NCBI GenBank assembly: GCA_035221665.1
Contig: CM069142.1
Coordinates: 30,938,001-31,002,000 of the forward strand
Length of the DNA stretch: 64,000 nt
Source: Okamejei kenojei
Taxonomy: Eukaryota
Direction: 5' to 3'
In this document: piece by piece, positions 26,900 to 40,573 of the stretch
How the letters are laid out: every line of letters begins with the position of its first letter
Numbering within the stretch: position 1 is the first letter of the stretch
Position numbers and translations under genes: made by a program
Notes under the pieces: generated by a model
Told to the model about the DNA's origin: nothing
What the model saw: the letters and a program-made list of their open reading frames with translations, nothing else
The model's database searches: none

Positions 26900-29070
26900 C
26901 TTGTGTCCACAGTTTCCAAAAGAGATCTGCCATATATTGCACCTGTCTCTACGATTAATGTACAAGTCTTCCTTTACAAAGAGTCCAGGTGGTAGTATTG
27001 GCTTGGCTTTCAACAGAAGAAGATGGTTTGGTGTGAGTGCTTCCAGGTCCATTGGGTCATCGAACTCTTGGTAATGGGGCGATCATTTAAAATTGCTTCA
27101 ACTTCACAAATTAAATTTGCAATCTTTCATTGTCCAGAATTTGTTGGTTAAGAACAGAACGCAGCACATTTCGAACCATGCGGATCAATCGTTCCCAAAC
27201 ACCGCCGTGATAGGGGTCCTGCTGGGGGGGTTAAAGTACCACCTTATCCCTCGCTGAAGCATAGCACTCTGGATCTTGGTCTGATACAAGCCATTTAGTG
27301 CTTCTCTCAATTCTCTATTCGCTCCGATAAAATTTGTGCCATTGTCTGATCTGAAAGATGAAACTTGACCACGTCGACAGATGAATCTTCGTAATGCATG
27401 GATACAGGAGTCTGTGTCAAGTGTAGATGCAACTTCAAGATGTACTGTCCTGCTTGCCTTGGAGGTGAAGATTACACCATACCATTTAACAAAATTTCGT
27501 CCTCTGTCGATCTCTATCGGACTGAAGTAGTCTACTCCTACATCTGTAAATGGAGGCTTGTCTAGTAGAATCCTCCCCAGGAGCAAGTCTGCCATTTTTT
27601 GTTCTTCAATTATTCCCCGCTGTCGTTTACACACAACACAATCTGTTATGACCTTTCTTGCAGCAGAGTTTGCTTCGATAATCCAGTATTTTTTACGGAA
27701 GTGAGACAGCATATGATTTCTTCCTCCATGTCCGTTCACGGATATGTCATAACAGTGGTGTTGATATGTGAAGCTCCTTCGAGAGAATAATAGGATGTTT
27801 GGCCTCCTCAGGCATCGCTAGCCTATTCAAGCGACCATCTACTCTCAGACGTCCATCACCCAGCACCGGATCTAACTTGTACAAATGACTGCTTCTTTTG
27901 ACACAATTTTTACCAGTTTCTAGTACTGATAGTTCTTCTTGGAATCTTTGTCTTTGACTGAAAGAGATGACTGCGCTTTCTGCTTGGACAAAATCTTCAT
28001 AACATAAACACTGTCTGTGGTGTGTTGCTTTAAAGACTGTATCTCCTTTTCAACCTTTTCCTTTAATTTGCCGGGAGTTTTTTCAAAGCTACTCACAGCA
28101 CTCTGAATCTCCTTTCTCCTTCAAGTCAGCTGCAAGAGTGTTGTCCTTACTTTAAGAAGCCGAGCTACAGCAATCTTCAGATTCCTCCATGATGAGAAAT
28201 TGGTGCTCAGAGAGTTTGTGGAGTTCAATGGATTTTTGACAATGACGTTCATTGTGATGTCTTGTTTGATTTCTGGATCATTAGCAGAGATTGCAGATTC
28301 CAAGTGAAGTTTTGGCCATTCTCTGTCTGGCTTACAGAGAAACTCTGGTCCCTTGATCCATCTCTTGCAGCTTAAGAAGCGGTCTGCTGTTAGTCCTCTA
28401 GAGTCTTAATCTGCAGGATTTTTCTTTGTGCCAACATATCTCCATTGTGATACATCAGTAGCATCCCTTACAAAAGAGAACCTGTTTGCTATAAATGTTT
28501 GGAAGCATTTGGTTTCGTAGTTGATGTATTTAAGCACAGTTGTGCTATCGGTCCAGAAGATGGATTTGTCCAGTTGAAGCTGTAATTATTTTCGCAGCAT
28601 TGTGTCAACTCTGACAGCTAGACTGCAGCTGTAAGCTCCATTCTGGGAATCGTCATTTCTTTTAATGGTGCCACTGGATTTTCTCATTGTGGATGCAACG
28701 TGCACTTCTTTGTTATCTTCTTCCAGTCTTAGATATGAAACAGTACCGCAGCCACCTTCGCTGGCGTCTGAAAAGTAGTGCAGCTGTGCATATCTGAATT
28801 GTCCAAATTTTGTGGGCTTCATTCACCAGTCCACTTTAAACTCCGCCATCTTATTGAGATTTGCTAACCATCCTGTCCATCGCTGAGAGAAGGTTTGGGT
28901 TGTGTTTTCATCCCATTCAAGTCTTTTCTTACAGAGCTCCTGCACAATCAGCTTGGCTGGCAGAGTAAATGGTGTTAGAAATCCTGAAGGGTCATATATC
29001 GAACCATAGAGTGTATGGTCGTTCCTGTGCAGCAATTCTGAACTTGAACACATCTGTTTCAACACACAGT
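26900..29070 (-). mobile_element. Degenerate BEL/Pao LTR-retrotransposon pol fragment (RNase H/A17 region and integrase)
   Basis: SIYDPSGFLTPF, QLHYFSDASE, GH...C..C, GVDYFSP...VHLEV...SDNGTNFIGA in broken ORFs; no LTRs identified. Confidence 0.9.
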
Positions 29071-29282
29071 ATTACAAAATTGTTTTTTTAAACCTTTAAA
29101 CGAATTACAACCATGCATGAGTTGTAATAATGAAATCGGGATGTCGGGGGAGGGGCGGGGCTTGGGGGGGAGGGTCGAACGGGAGAAGAACAAAATGTGC
29201 GAATGTTGTTTTAGCCAATTGAACATGTTCAAGACCCTGTCCTTTTGCGATGACTAGCTGCTCCCAATATTCTCACAATTAG

Positions 29283-29494
29283 GTTGAGATTCATGAAGAC
29301 TTTATTCAGTCGTGTTTTGATCGATTGAAGGCCTCATATGACACGCTTTGTGTACTGGATGGCGATAAAGACAGTATTAATTGTGCAAGGCAGGAGGCAA
29401 TACGGATGGTACGTGTCTTGACAGTGCTGCGAGAGTACATAAATGAATGTGACAGTGACTACCATGAAGAACGAACAATTCTACCCATGTCTAG
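29283..29494 (+). CDS. USP9X: USP9X exon [31 protein letters not shown]...EERTILPMS(R)
   Basis: ttag|GTT ... TCTAG|gtatgt; 212 nt; overlaps ORF 29325..29567. Confidence 0.96.
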
Positions 29495-30209
29495 GTATGT
29501 ATATTTGAAGGGCTGCTTTCAAGTTAAGATAAACTATAATTTATGTTCTGACTTACTGATCAACTAAAGTATTTGCACACATGTCCCCAATCTGCTTTTT
29601 TGTATCATAATGTGTTTTCATTTTTATTTGCGAACATCTTACTAAATTTGTTAAACTTCATTCTTAATATTAAAGCAATAATTTATATTGAGGTAATATA
29701 AGATATAAATTTATAATTCATGTTGCACAATGCAGTCATGATAGTCTTTGTTACATAGTTGTAAACAGTATCAGCTGTGAATGTCAGTTTAAAACTTTTA
29801 TTGCCCTTTTGAGGGACTATTTTCTTATAATTTTGTTTTGTCTGGAGATCTGCTCTTCGTAAGATAATCCAACAATTGAGGAGGTTCGCTTTAAACCCAC
29901 AGATTGTTAGTTCAATTGATAACAGTTGTGAAGAAAGCAAAAAGTTTTCCCCATTCTGAAATAGAAGACTAAAAGACTGCCTGCAATTTAGTTTTGCAAT
30001 GTAATTAAATACATTTTGGGATCCGAATCGTCATCACAGATTGATGAATTGCATTAATTCTGAAATATCGCCAATTTTACTTGAACAAATCGATTCTGCA
30101 ATAATACTGCTCTAATTAATTTATAATGTCTTGTGCATATTCAGACTTTGGATTTCCAGTATTTTGTAATAGCTGAGAACTTGAAACTATTTGAGTTGTT
30201 TCCAAACAG

Positions 30210-30450
30210 AGCTTTTCGTGGAAAGCATGTGTCACTGGTTGTGCGGTTTCCAAATCAAGGACGTCAAGTAGAAGATTTGGATATTTGGTCTCACACAAAT
30301 GACACCATTGGGTCTGTTCGGCGCTGCATTCTGAGTAGAATAAAAGCCAATAGTGCACATACAAAAGTTGAACTGTTTATTGGTGGTGAACTTGTAGACC
30401 CTGCTGATGATAGAAAATTGATCGGACAGTTAAACCTGAAAGATAAAACA
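30210..30450 (+). CDS. USP9X: USP9X exon covering the ubiquitin-like domain region, [19 protein letters not shown]...QLNLKDKT
   Basis: aacag|A ... ACA|gtaagt; 241 nt; within ORF 30133..30501. Confidence 0.96.
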
Positions 30451-31416
30451 GTAAGTACTATATTAAAATATATATTTATAATTATAGTCAGTCAAAGCTA
30501 GACTGAAGCAACCCATTTCTGGTTTAATTTACACCCTGTAGGCATTCGTGCTATATTTTTACATTTTATAACTACCATTCAATTGAGATTAATATTTATA
30601 GAATGTTTCTCCATTTCTTTCTGACAAGAACATTGATTTGTCCATAAAATTATGAAGCATTGACTTTATACAAAAGTGAAAGTAGCTTCACAATTATCAA
30701 ATTATATTTTAGGGTTGTTCTTGTATCAATGACCCACAAGCTAATTGGGATGGTGTGTTGCTTGGTTATGGTTAACCATGCAACAGTAATATTGTCTGTT
30801 GAAAGATTTTGGTTCTGCATTGGGCATTTTGTTTTAACATTGTGCCCCTTTTCTGTAACATTCCCCTCCTGGAATACTAACAATTTGGTGGGAAGAATTT
30901 TGTTAGAAATAATTCTAATGCAAGTGAAAATAAATATCTAATTTCATTTGACAATTGTACATCAGTTGCATTTCTGGTGTTGAGATCTTTGACTTAGGAG
31001 ATTGTTTCTATTTTTAAATATAGCTTTGAAGCATAGGATTGATCAAGGTTGAGACAAAAGCCAATGTGAAACACTTATACATTTCCAGGAATGAGAGCAT
31101 GAATATAGCCAGCACTAAAAAGAGTTATTATAACAGAACAATACATTACTGATAGTGCTGCTATGTGCTTGCATGGTGTGATCATTTGCCTCCCTGTATG
31201 CTGTGTATTGCTTTGCCAGGAATCTGGTGCTGATCCAGCAATGAATTGTCCACAGCTTAGTATGGAGAGGCTGCCTATACAATCTGATTTAGTAAGTGGT
31301 GCAACAGCTCAGTGCTGAGATATTGGGCTTGCGCCTGAACCCTGGTTGGCACGGTGAATTTGAAACATTACTGGGCAGTGCCTGCTCCATGTGATGGCAG
31401 AGTGCTCAGATAATTG

Positions 31417-31870
31417 ACAATGGACAATAGGTGCAGGAGTTGGCCATTCGGCCCTCGAGCCAGCACTGCCATTCAATGTGATCATGGCTGATCATCCCCA
31501 ATCAGTACCCCGTTCCTGCCTTCTCCCCATATCCCCTGACTCCGCTATCTTTAAGAGCCCTATCTAGCTCTCTCTTGAAAGTATCCAGAGAACCGGCCTC
31601 CACGACCCTCTGAGGCAGAGAATTCCACACACTCACAACTCTCTGTGAGAAAAAGTGTTTCCTCGTCTCCGTTCTAAATGGCTTACCCCTTATTCTTAAA
31701 CTGTGGCCCCTGGTTCTGGACTCCCCCAACATCGGGAACATGTTTCCTGCCTCTAGCGTGTCCAAACCCTTAACAATCTTTTATGTTTCAATAAGATCCC
31801 CTCTCATCCTTCTAAACTCCAGAGTGTACAAGCCCAGCCGCTGCATTCTCTCAGCATATGACAGTCCCGT
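31417..31870 (-). mobile_element. CR1 LINE 3' fragment
   Basis: ORFs 31502..31765 and 31781..31996: LGLYTLEFRRMRGDLIET, FFSQRVVSVWNSLP. Confidence 0.9.
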
Positions 31871-32174
31871 CAATTTTTCTTGAACCTCCTGTTGGTTGCA
31901 ATGGAAGTAGCTGTGATTCCCTCCCCAACCCTTCTTGTTTGAATGCACAATGCTCCTCTGCCCAACAATACCACCGGTAACAAGTCCAATAGGCATAGCT
32001 GGCCTATTGCAACCGGGGTTGCAGCAGCATCCATCACATTAAACAGCAGGTGATGTAAGAGACAAAGTAGTTTGTCAAAACATGGAGCCGGTAATGCCAG
32101 TCACCAGCAATGTCCCACACCCTCTGCACTGACGAACCTGCAGCTCTGAGCTCCACATCTCACATTGTAGTTGC

Positions 32175-32880
32175 TGGGCCAGCCATCCATCGGGTGGCGC
32201 CGTACAATGGCTGCCTCGCCAACAGTCTGTCTCGTCCCTTTCTCTCTGTTTTTTGTAGTCTGTAGTTAAATGTTGTTTTAGTGTATCTTTAATTTTGTAT
32301 TATGTGGGGGGGGGGTAAACCTTTTATCTCTATCCTCGACGGAGATGCGACATTTTCCTTATCCTATCTCCGTCTGCACTGCTGGGGGCCTCTTGCTAGG
32401 AATCGACCTTTGGAGATTCAGTGGCGGGAACCTGCGGATTTAACATCTCGAAGCTGGTGATCCCTTTGCCAGGGATCGACTTCGGAAGCTCCAACCGCGG
32501 GAGCCTTCAGAGTTTAACATCATGGAGCTCACGATCACTGGTTAGGGACCGGCTTTGGGAGTTCCAAGCCGCAGGAGTTTAAACCACCCCAATCACGGGT
32601 GTTTCGATTGCCCCGACGTGGGAGCTTTGATTGCCCTGACTGCGGATGGTTTGATTCCCCTGACCGCGGGAGAAAAAGGAGGAAAGAAGATAAGACTTTA
32701 TTGCCTTCCATCACAGTGAGGAATGTGGGGCCGCTGTGATGGATGTTTATGTAAAATATTTATGTGGTTGCGTGTTTTGTTGCTTTTTTTGTATGACTGT
32801 ATGGCAAATCAAATTCCTCGTATGATTTACATACTTTTTTTGTTTTCATATTTGGCTAAAAAAATCAATAAAATTACAAT
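32175..32880 (+). repeat. Unclassified interspersed repeat with degenerate internal tandem units
   Basis: CpG-rich block with recurring gatcgac...gcgggag...tttaacat units, ending in aataaaattacaat. Confidence 0.45.
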
Positions 32881-33174
32881 CAGCCCACTCAGGCAACCTC
32901 TCCAACCAGTGTGTGGGTTAGTCATTTTGTAAGAACACCAGCGGAGGGCAGGGGTTGACATCAGGTTCCTAGCACAAATGTCAATTTTCCTTGAAGCATT
33001 TAGGAAATATGTATTATTGTTCAGATTAGGGAACCAAGTGCTGTAAAGACATGCTCTGTGGGACTGCTAAGTAAGATGCTATTATATTCATGTTTTGAGC
33101 TATTATTTGATATTTGTATCCTTTCTTTCAGGGTAAAATGCTTAGTAAATGCTTAGTAAAAAGTAAAATTTCTT

Positions 33175-35066
33175 AGTAAAAAAAGAATCTTAAGAAAGAA
33201 ATTAGGAAGGCTAAAAGAAGATATGAGGTTGCTTTGGCAAGAAAGGTGAAAGTAAACCCAAAGGGTTTCTACAGCTATATTAATAGCAAAAGGATAACGA
33301 GGGATAAAATTGGACCATTAGAGAACCAGAATGGACAGCTATCTGCAGAGCCAAAAGAGATGGGGGAGATATTGAACAATTTCTTTTCTTCGGTATTCAC
33401 CAAGGAGAAGGATATTGAACTCTGTGAGTTAAGGGGAAAAAGTAGAGTAGCTATGGAAACTATGAGATTCAAAGAGGAGGAAGTACTGACACTTTTGAAA
33501 AATATAAAGGTGGATAAGTCTCCAGGTCCTGACAGGATATTCCCTAGGACATTGAGGGAAGTTAGTGTAGAAATAGCAGGAGCTATGACAGAAATATTTC
33601 AAATGTCATTAGAAACGGGAATAGTGCCGGAGGATTGGCGTACTGCGCATGTTGTTCCAGTGTTTTAAAAGGGTTCAAAGAATAAACCTAGCAATTATAG
33701 ACCTATTAGTTTGACGTCAGTGGTGGGCAAATTAATGGAAAGGATACTTAGAGATAATATATATATAAGCATCTGGATAAACAGGGTCTGATCAGGAACA
33801 GTCAACATGGATTTGTGCCTGGAAGGTCATGTTTGACAAACCTTCTTGAATTTTTTGAAGCGGTAACTAGGGAAATTGATGAGGGTAAAGCAGTGGATGT
33901 TGTCTATATGGATTTCAGTAAGGCCTTTGACAAGGTTCCCCATGGAAGGTTGGTTAAGAAGGTTCAATCTTTGGGTGTTAATGGCGGAGTAGCAAGATGG
34001 ATTCAACAGTGGCTGAATGGGAGATGTCAGAGAGTAATGGTGGATGGCTGTTTGTCAGGTTGGAAGCCGGTGACCAGTGGGGTGCCTCAGGGATCTGTGT
34101 TGGGTCCACTGTTGTTTGTCATGTACATCAATGATCTGGATGATGGGGTGGAAAATTGGATAAGTAAGTATGCAGATGATACTAAGATAGGTGGTGGTGT
34201 GGATAATGATAGTAGATTTCAAAGTCGACAGAGAGATTTGGGCCATTTGGAAAAGTGGGCTGAAAGATGGCAGATGGAGTTTAATGCTGTTAAGTGTGAA
34301 GTGCTACATCTTGGCAGGACAAATCAAAATAGGAAGTACATGGTAAATGGTAGGGAATTGAGGAATGCTGTGGAACAGAGGGATCTAGGAATAACTGTGC
34401 ATAGTTCCCTGAAGGTGGAATCGCATGTAGATAGGGTGGTAAAGAAAGCCTTTGGTGTGCTGGCCTTTATAAATCAGAGCATTGAATATAGGAGTAGGGA
34501 AGTAATGTTAAAATTGTACAAGGCATTGGTAAGACCAATTCTGGAGTATGGTGTACAATTTTGGTCGCCTAGTTATAGGAAGGATGTCAACAAAATAGAG
34601 AGAGTACAGAGGAGATTTACTAGAATGTTGCCAGGGTTCCAACAAGTTATGTCTTTATTCTTTGGAGCGCAGAAGGTTAAGGGGGGACTTGATTGAGGTC
34701 TTTAAAATGATGAAAGGGATAGACAGAGTTGACGTGGATACGTTTTTCCCATTGAGGGTAGGGAAGATTCAAACAAGAGGGCATGACATGAGAATTAAGG
34801 GACAGAAGTTTCGGGGTAACGTGAGGGGGAGCTTCTTTACTCAGAGGGTGGTGGCTGTGTGGAATGAGCTTCCAGCAGAAGTGGTGGAGGCAGGATCGAT
34901 TTTAACATTTAAGTCTAAAGTGGATAGATATATGGACGTGAAGGGAATGGAGGGGTATGGTCTGAGTGCAGGTAGATGGGACTAGGGGAAAACAAATGGT
35001 CGGCACGGACTGGAAGGGCCGAGAGGGTCTGTTTCCGTGCTGTAATTGTTATATGGTTATATGGTT
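33175..35066 (+). mobile_element. 5'-truncated CR1/HER LINE (reverse transcriptase domain)
   Basis: KSPGPD, DFSKAFDKVPH, GVPQGSVLGP, KYADD; a few frameshifts; (tatggt)n tail; 3' end resembles the SINE tails. Confidence 0.95.
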
Positions 35067-35730
35067 AAATGTTCTTCAAAATGTTTGAAGGTGTACTTTA
35101 TTGTTTAAAAAAAAAAAAAGTAGGTGCCACTAGAATAGGATTAACTACTTCGGCCAACGTCATCTCCTTACACCCACTCCATGGATGAGTTAAGATTTCA
35201 ATTGGATTTTAATCCGTAGAAGATGTAGGCCAGAGGTGGACACTCCCTCAAAAGGAAAGAAAAACTCATTGTTGTGTAATCTTCAAAGATGACTTAAAAA
35301 CATTCTATATTTCCTGCAATTCATTTTATATCAATCCTTATTTCATCTGGGGGAAGAAGATTAATTTTGTGTTTTCAATATTTTTGAATTGCTATTGAAC
35401 AGTGAAGAAAAGTATGCCCAGTCCTTTATGCCCTTTGCTATCTGCGTGTATATAGGGTCGAACCATGACCTCATTGTTGACATTTTATGGTCACGCTAGA
35501 AAAATTCAAAGCACTTCCAGAAGAACAGGAACATATATGGATGTTTTCCTCTATGCATGAATCTTCTTTACAAAAGCCAAGCCGGCTGATAACTATATCC
35601 CTTCCTACTGTCATCTTGCTTCCAGCATTCATCTTCTTGGTCCACTACATTAGCATTGTGAGAGGAGGAGTCAAATGCCCCATCATCTTCCAATTTAGGT
35701 GATATTGTGCTCAAGATTACAATATTAATG

Positions 35731-37668
35731 GTAGACACAAATGCTGGAGAAACTCAGCGGGTGAGGCAACATCTATCGAGTCAAAACCCTTCTTCAAACT
35801 GATGTGAGGGTGGGGGCGGGAGGAAGAAAGGAAGAGGTGGACCAGAGGGCTGAGGGAGAACTGAGAAGGGGAGGAGAAATTAAGGACTACCTGAAATTAG
35901 AGAAGTCACTGTTCATACCGCTGGGTTGAAACTGCCCAAGCGAAATATGAGGTGCTGCTCCACCAATTTATGGTGGTTCTCACTCTAGCCATGGAGGAGG
36001 CCCAGGACAGAAAGGTCGGATTCGGATTGGGAGGGGGATTTGAAGTGCTGAGCCACCGGGAGATCAGGTTTGTTGCTCTCAGGGTGCTACCTCCTGCACC
36101 CACACACAAAATGTTAAATGGTCAGCTAGACATAGATCACAAGACCTACACCAACCCCAACCCAATTAGGAGCAGACGAGGCATTCAATCCAATTTGTGG
36201 TCCCAGCCACAAAGACAGATGTATACTGCAATTCGTTCTACCAACGCACTATTAAAGCATGGAATAATCTCCACCAAACCACGGTTGCCCAGCCAGATGC
36301 AACTAAATTTAAAGTGGCACTTTCTTCCCAATAACCCTCTCTGGCTAAACCCCTCCCTTCACCACCTCCAGTTTAAATTCCACTTAGAATATTTTGGAGG
36401 ACCAAGTAACCAAGAACCAAGAACCAAGAACTCACTGACTTCATCCATTTCGCCACTAACTTCCATCCGGAACTCAAATACACCTGGACCATTTACAACA
36501 TTTCCCTACCATTTCTTGACTTTACTATCTCCATCGCAGGTGATAGACTACTGACCAACATCGACTATAAAGCCACTGACTCCCATGGCTATCTGGACTA
36601 CACTTCTTTCCACCCTGTTTCCTGTAAGGACTCTAAACCCTATTCCCAATTCCTCCGTCTAAGCCGCATCTGCACCCAGGATGAGGTGTTCCACACCAGG
36701 GCATCGGAGATGTCCTCATTATTCAGGGAACAGTGGTTCCCCTGTTCTACCGCGGATGAGGCTCTCACCAGGGTCTGTTCTATACCCTGTGACTGGTCTC
36801 ACTCCCCATCTCCCCACTCGTAACAAGGGCAGAGTCCCCCTTGTCCTCACCTTCCACCCTACCAGCCGTCACATACAACAAATAATCCTCCGACATTTTC
36901 GCTACCTCCAACATGATCCCATCATTTGACACATCTTCCCATCTCCTCCCCTGACTGCTTTCCGCAGAGACTGCTCCCTCCGTAACTCCCTGGTCAATTC
37001 GTCGCCTCCCACCTGAACCACCCCTCTCCATGCACTTTTTCTTGCAACCGCAAGAAATGGCGCTTTACCTCACCCCTTGACTCCATTCAAGGACCCTAGC
37101 AATCTTTCCAGGTATGGCAGAGGTTCACCTGCACCTCTTCCAACGCCATCTATTGCATCCGCTGCTCTAGATGTCAGTTGCTCTACATCAGTGAGACCAA
37201 GCGTAAGCTTGGCGATCGCTTCGCCGAACACCTCTGCTCGGTTTGCAATAACCACCCTGATCTCCCGGTGGCTCAGCACTTCAACTCCCCCTCCCATTCC
37301 GAATCCGACCTTTCTGTCCTGGGCCTCCTCCATGGCTAGAGTGAGAACCACCATAAATTGGTGGAGCAGCACCTCATATTTCGCTTGGGCAGTTTGCACC
37401 CCAGCGGTATGAACAGTGACTTCTCTAATTTCAGGTAGTCCTTAATTTCTCCTCCCCTTCTCAGTTCTCCCTCAGCCCTCTGGCTCCACCTCTTCCTATC
37501 TTCCCCCCCCGCCCCCCCCCCCCCCCCCCCCCACCCTCACATCAGTCTGAAGAAGGGTTTCGACCCGAAACTTTACCTATTTCCTTTGCTCCATAGATGT
37601 TGCCTCACCCGCTGAGTTTCTCCACCTACCTTTGATTTTCCAGCATCTGCAGTTCCTTCTTAAACACA
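35731..37668. mobile_element. Penelope element (+ strand 36432-37668: RT C-terminus, GIY-YIG, pLTR) with an inverted 3' fragment (35731-36069) and an intervening LINE 3' end (36080-36431)
   Basis: PFLD...YKATDSHGYLDYTSFHP...YSQFLRL.RIC; ETKRKLGDRFAEH; LINE piece with FYQRTIKAWNNL and (accaaga)n tail. Confidence 0.85.
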
Positions 37669-39155
37669 CAATATTAATGGGATGTGTTTCTTCCTTATGT
37701 TAGCTTTTAACATTTTTCCTTTGGGTATGTATTAATATGTTGCAATGCTTTGAGAAAATTATATGGTATATTTATATTTTATGGGGTTGCACTGATCTAT
37801 AGGAGAGGTCCTTAAAAGTATGCGTTTTGTTATCAGTTCATGCCCCTTTTCCTTACTGAGATCTGAATGTCGTTTGTTGAATTTATTTGACGTTGTGAGC
37901 CCATAAAATCCAATGAGAAAGCGTCTATATTTGGCAGTACATATTGGCACCAGTTTCTTACAACGTCTGATAGATTCTAAGCAACCAATTAATAGTTATT
38001 TTAATTTTCATCTTTAAAAGCACAGATTGTCCTATCTAAACTCATGAATAATATTGAGCATCTCTGTATCCACACCGTAATTTGAAGACCCCCTTTTAAG
38101 CTTATCAAAACATCAGTGTTTCGTGTTTGAAGTCCATTTTCATTGTTTAATATAAGAAAGATTTGTAATGGCTTGTTTTGAAAAGCCCCCATTTTATTAC
38201 CACTGAAATGCATGTTTGGATATTGGGACAATTTTAGTTGGCAAACTGTCACACAAAATATTGAAACTCCAGTTAATCAAGCATACTATTTCAAGAATGT
38301 AAAACCATATAGTCTATTTATAGTGCTTTATATCAACCTGGACAATATTTAGAACTTCATTTAGAACTGAAAATTTAGATAGTATTGAATTGATATTTGT
38401 ACATTGGATTCAATGACAAAATTAGACTTGCTGCATCCTATTTGCAAATAGATATATCGGTAATTTGTATAAGGGAAGTCTAACTTACCCACTGCTTCTG
38501 TTCATTTTTTTGCAAATATTCAGTACTTGTATGTTTATGCTTGTTACATTGAGCTGTATTAAATAAATTAAACAAATCTACTTTGCTGTAATTCTTCCTC
38601 AGGGAATCTGTAAAAGAATGTTTCATCAGCTATAATGACACTTATTTTTTTAAATTTTACTTTGAGAGGACTAATGTTTATAGTTAATGTTTACACACCA
38701 ATACCAAAAGAGGCCATGTATTATTTTCTTTGAAAAATTAAACTAATTAAAATGAACAGCGTTAAGTAATTTCAAGTGGAATAAGTCCTTGACGAGCAGA
38801 AGTCAATTTTTACCACTTGAACAAAAGTTCCACAAACTGTATCTCACTTCATGGGGATACAGCAACAAATCTTAAGGTGGAAATCAATAGCTGCAGGAAA
38901 CAAATTACAAAAATGCTGATGCCTCAGCTCTGCACGGAACTGCTTTTCTTTTTATCAAAATAGCACGTCAAAATTGATGCGAATCAGAGTTGGCATGACC
39001 AGAATTGAGATACAAAATTGAACAAAAATAGAAGCAGAAAAAGATTAATAAGCACTCAAGTAGTAAATGGTACCATATAAAACATTTAAAATTATCTATT
39101 GAAGGATAAATATTGTATTACATCTGTTTTAATGAATGGTTCTTTTTTTTTTTAG

Positions 39156-39305
39156 CTTATTACAGCCAAGCTAACACAGATAAGTTCAAATATGCCATCA
39201 AGTCCTGATAGCTCATCTGATTCTTCAACTGGCTCACCTGGAAATCATGCCAACCACTACAGTGATGGGCCCAACCCTGAGGTAGAAAGCTGTTTACCTG
39301 GAGTG
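39156..39305 (+). CDS. USP9X: USP9X exon [50 protein letters not shown]
   Basis: poly-T tract then ag|CTT ... GTG|gtaag; 150 nt. Confidence 0.96.
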
Positions 39306-40573
39306 GTAAGCAAGTTACAATCTCAAAGCATTTTGTCATGTGTGTTTCTACAAATGTTTCACAAAAAAAAAAACATTACATCTGATAGAACCCTGTTTAG
39401 GCTGTTGCTGTGCTTCAAAGAGTCATAGCAACTGGCAATGCAGAGGAAGGCATTTTGGACCATTGAACCATGCTGATTGTAACATTTGCCAGCCTAATCT
39501 CATCTTCCAGCATCTGGCCATTAGTCCTGCAGTAATCAAAATAGTTTCAAAACCTGATTAAGACTTTTTCCCAAGACATTTCTACTACCAATTTCTGATG
39601 AAGGTTTAACTGTTCCTTTTTCCACAGATGTTGCTGAGTGTTACCAACTGTTTGCACTTAGATTTTCAGCATATACATTTTCTGTTACTCTTTATATTTA
39701 CTCTGGTCAGTTTTAGAATCAGATACTGTAGTCATTTGTTAAAACATATACTGGTTAATTTCTGTATGGTGTTCTGCAAGTGTTATGATGATCAAGGGTG
39801 TGACCGTGAACATGTAGATGAAGGATGACAAAACACCTTTTTTTAAAAAACAATTTTGCCATATCCTGAAGTGCTTTACTGCCAAAATAAAGCATTCCTT
39901 GCAGTGCAGTTACAATTGTAAACCTTGGAAACAAAATAGCAAAGTTGTGCGTAACATGCGAATGACTAAATTAATTTTGAGCAATTTTGATGTTGACTGA
40001 TGGAAAATATTAACCAGCTGTATGCTGTTTTATGCATACCCTATGAGTGCAGATAGGTCCATTTAATATTTAATCCCAAAGGTAGTACTGCTGACAATTC
40101 AGCATACATCAGTGCTGCATTGTCAGCTAAAATTTGGATTCCGGACTCTAAAGTGGGACTTGAATGTATAGTCTTTTGACTCATAAGCGTTAGTACTTAA
40201 TAAAAGGACGATTGAGGAGATGTGATTGTGACCTGGAAAGAACAGTTTTTGTGAAAACAGGACGTCTTCTCTCCAAATTGCATTAGTTTGAAAGATGTCC
40301 TCTGCACCTTTACAGATGGGTCTTAACTACTTACATTGGAAAAGTGATGTTTGATTGAAAACTTTTGGACTGGTGGTGGCAGTTGAGAAGATCCTGAAAG
40401 ACTTAATAAGCGATGCACACAGTAAAATGGATAGTTACATAATTTTTGTAAAATTTGCTGCTGGACGCAACATCGCAAATATCTCCAGTATCAAGTCATT
40501 TACAGACCCATCTGTAAAGGTGCAGAGGACATCTTTCAATGCCTAAATCCATGAGTCACCTACCAATTTCAAC

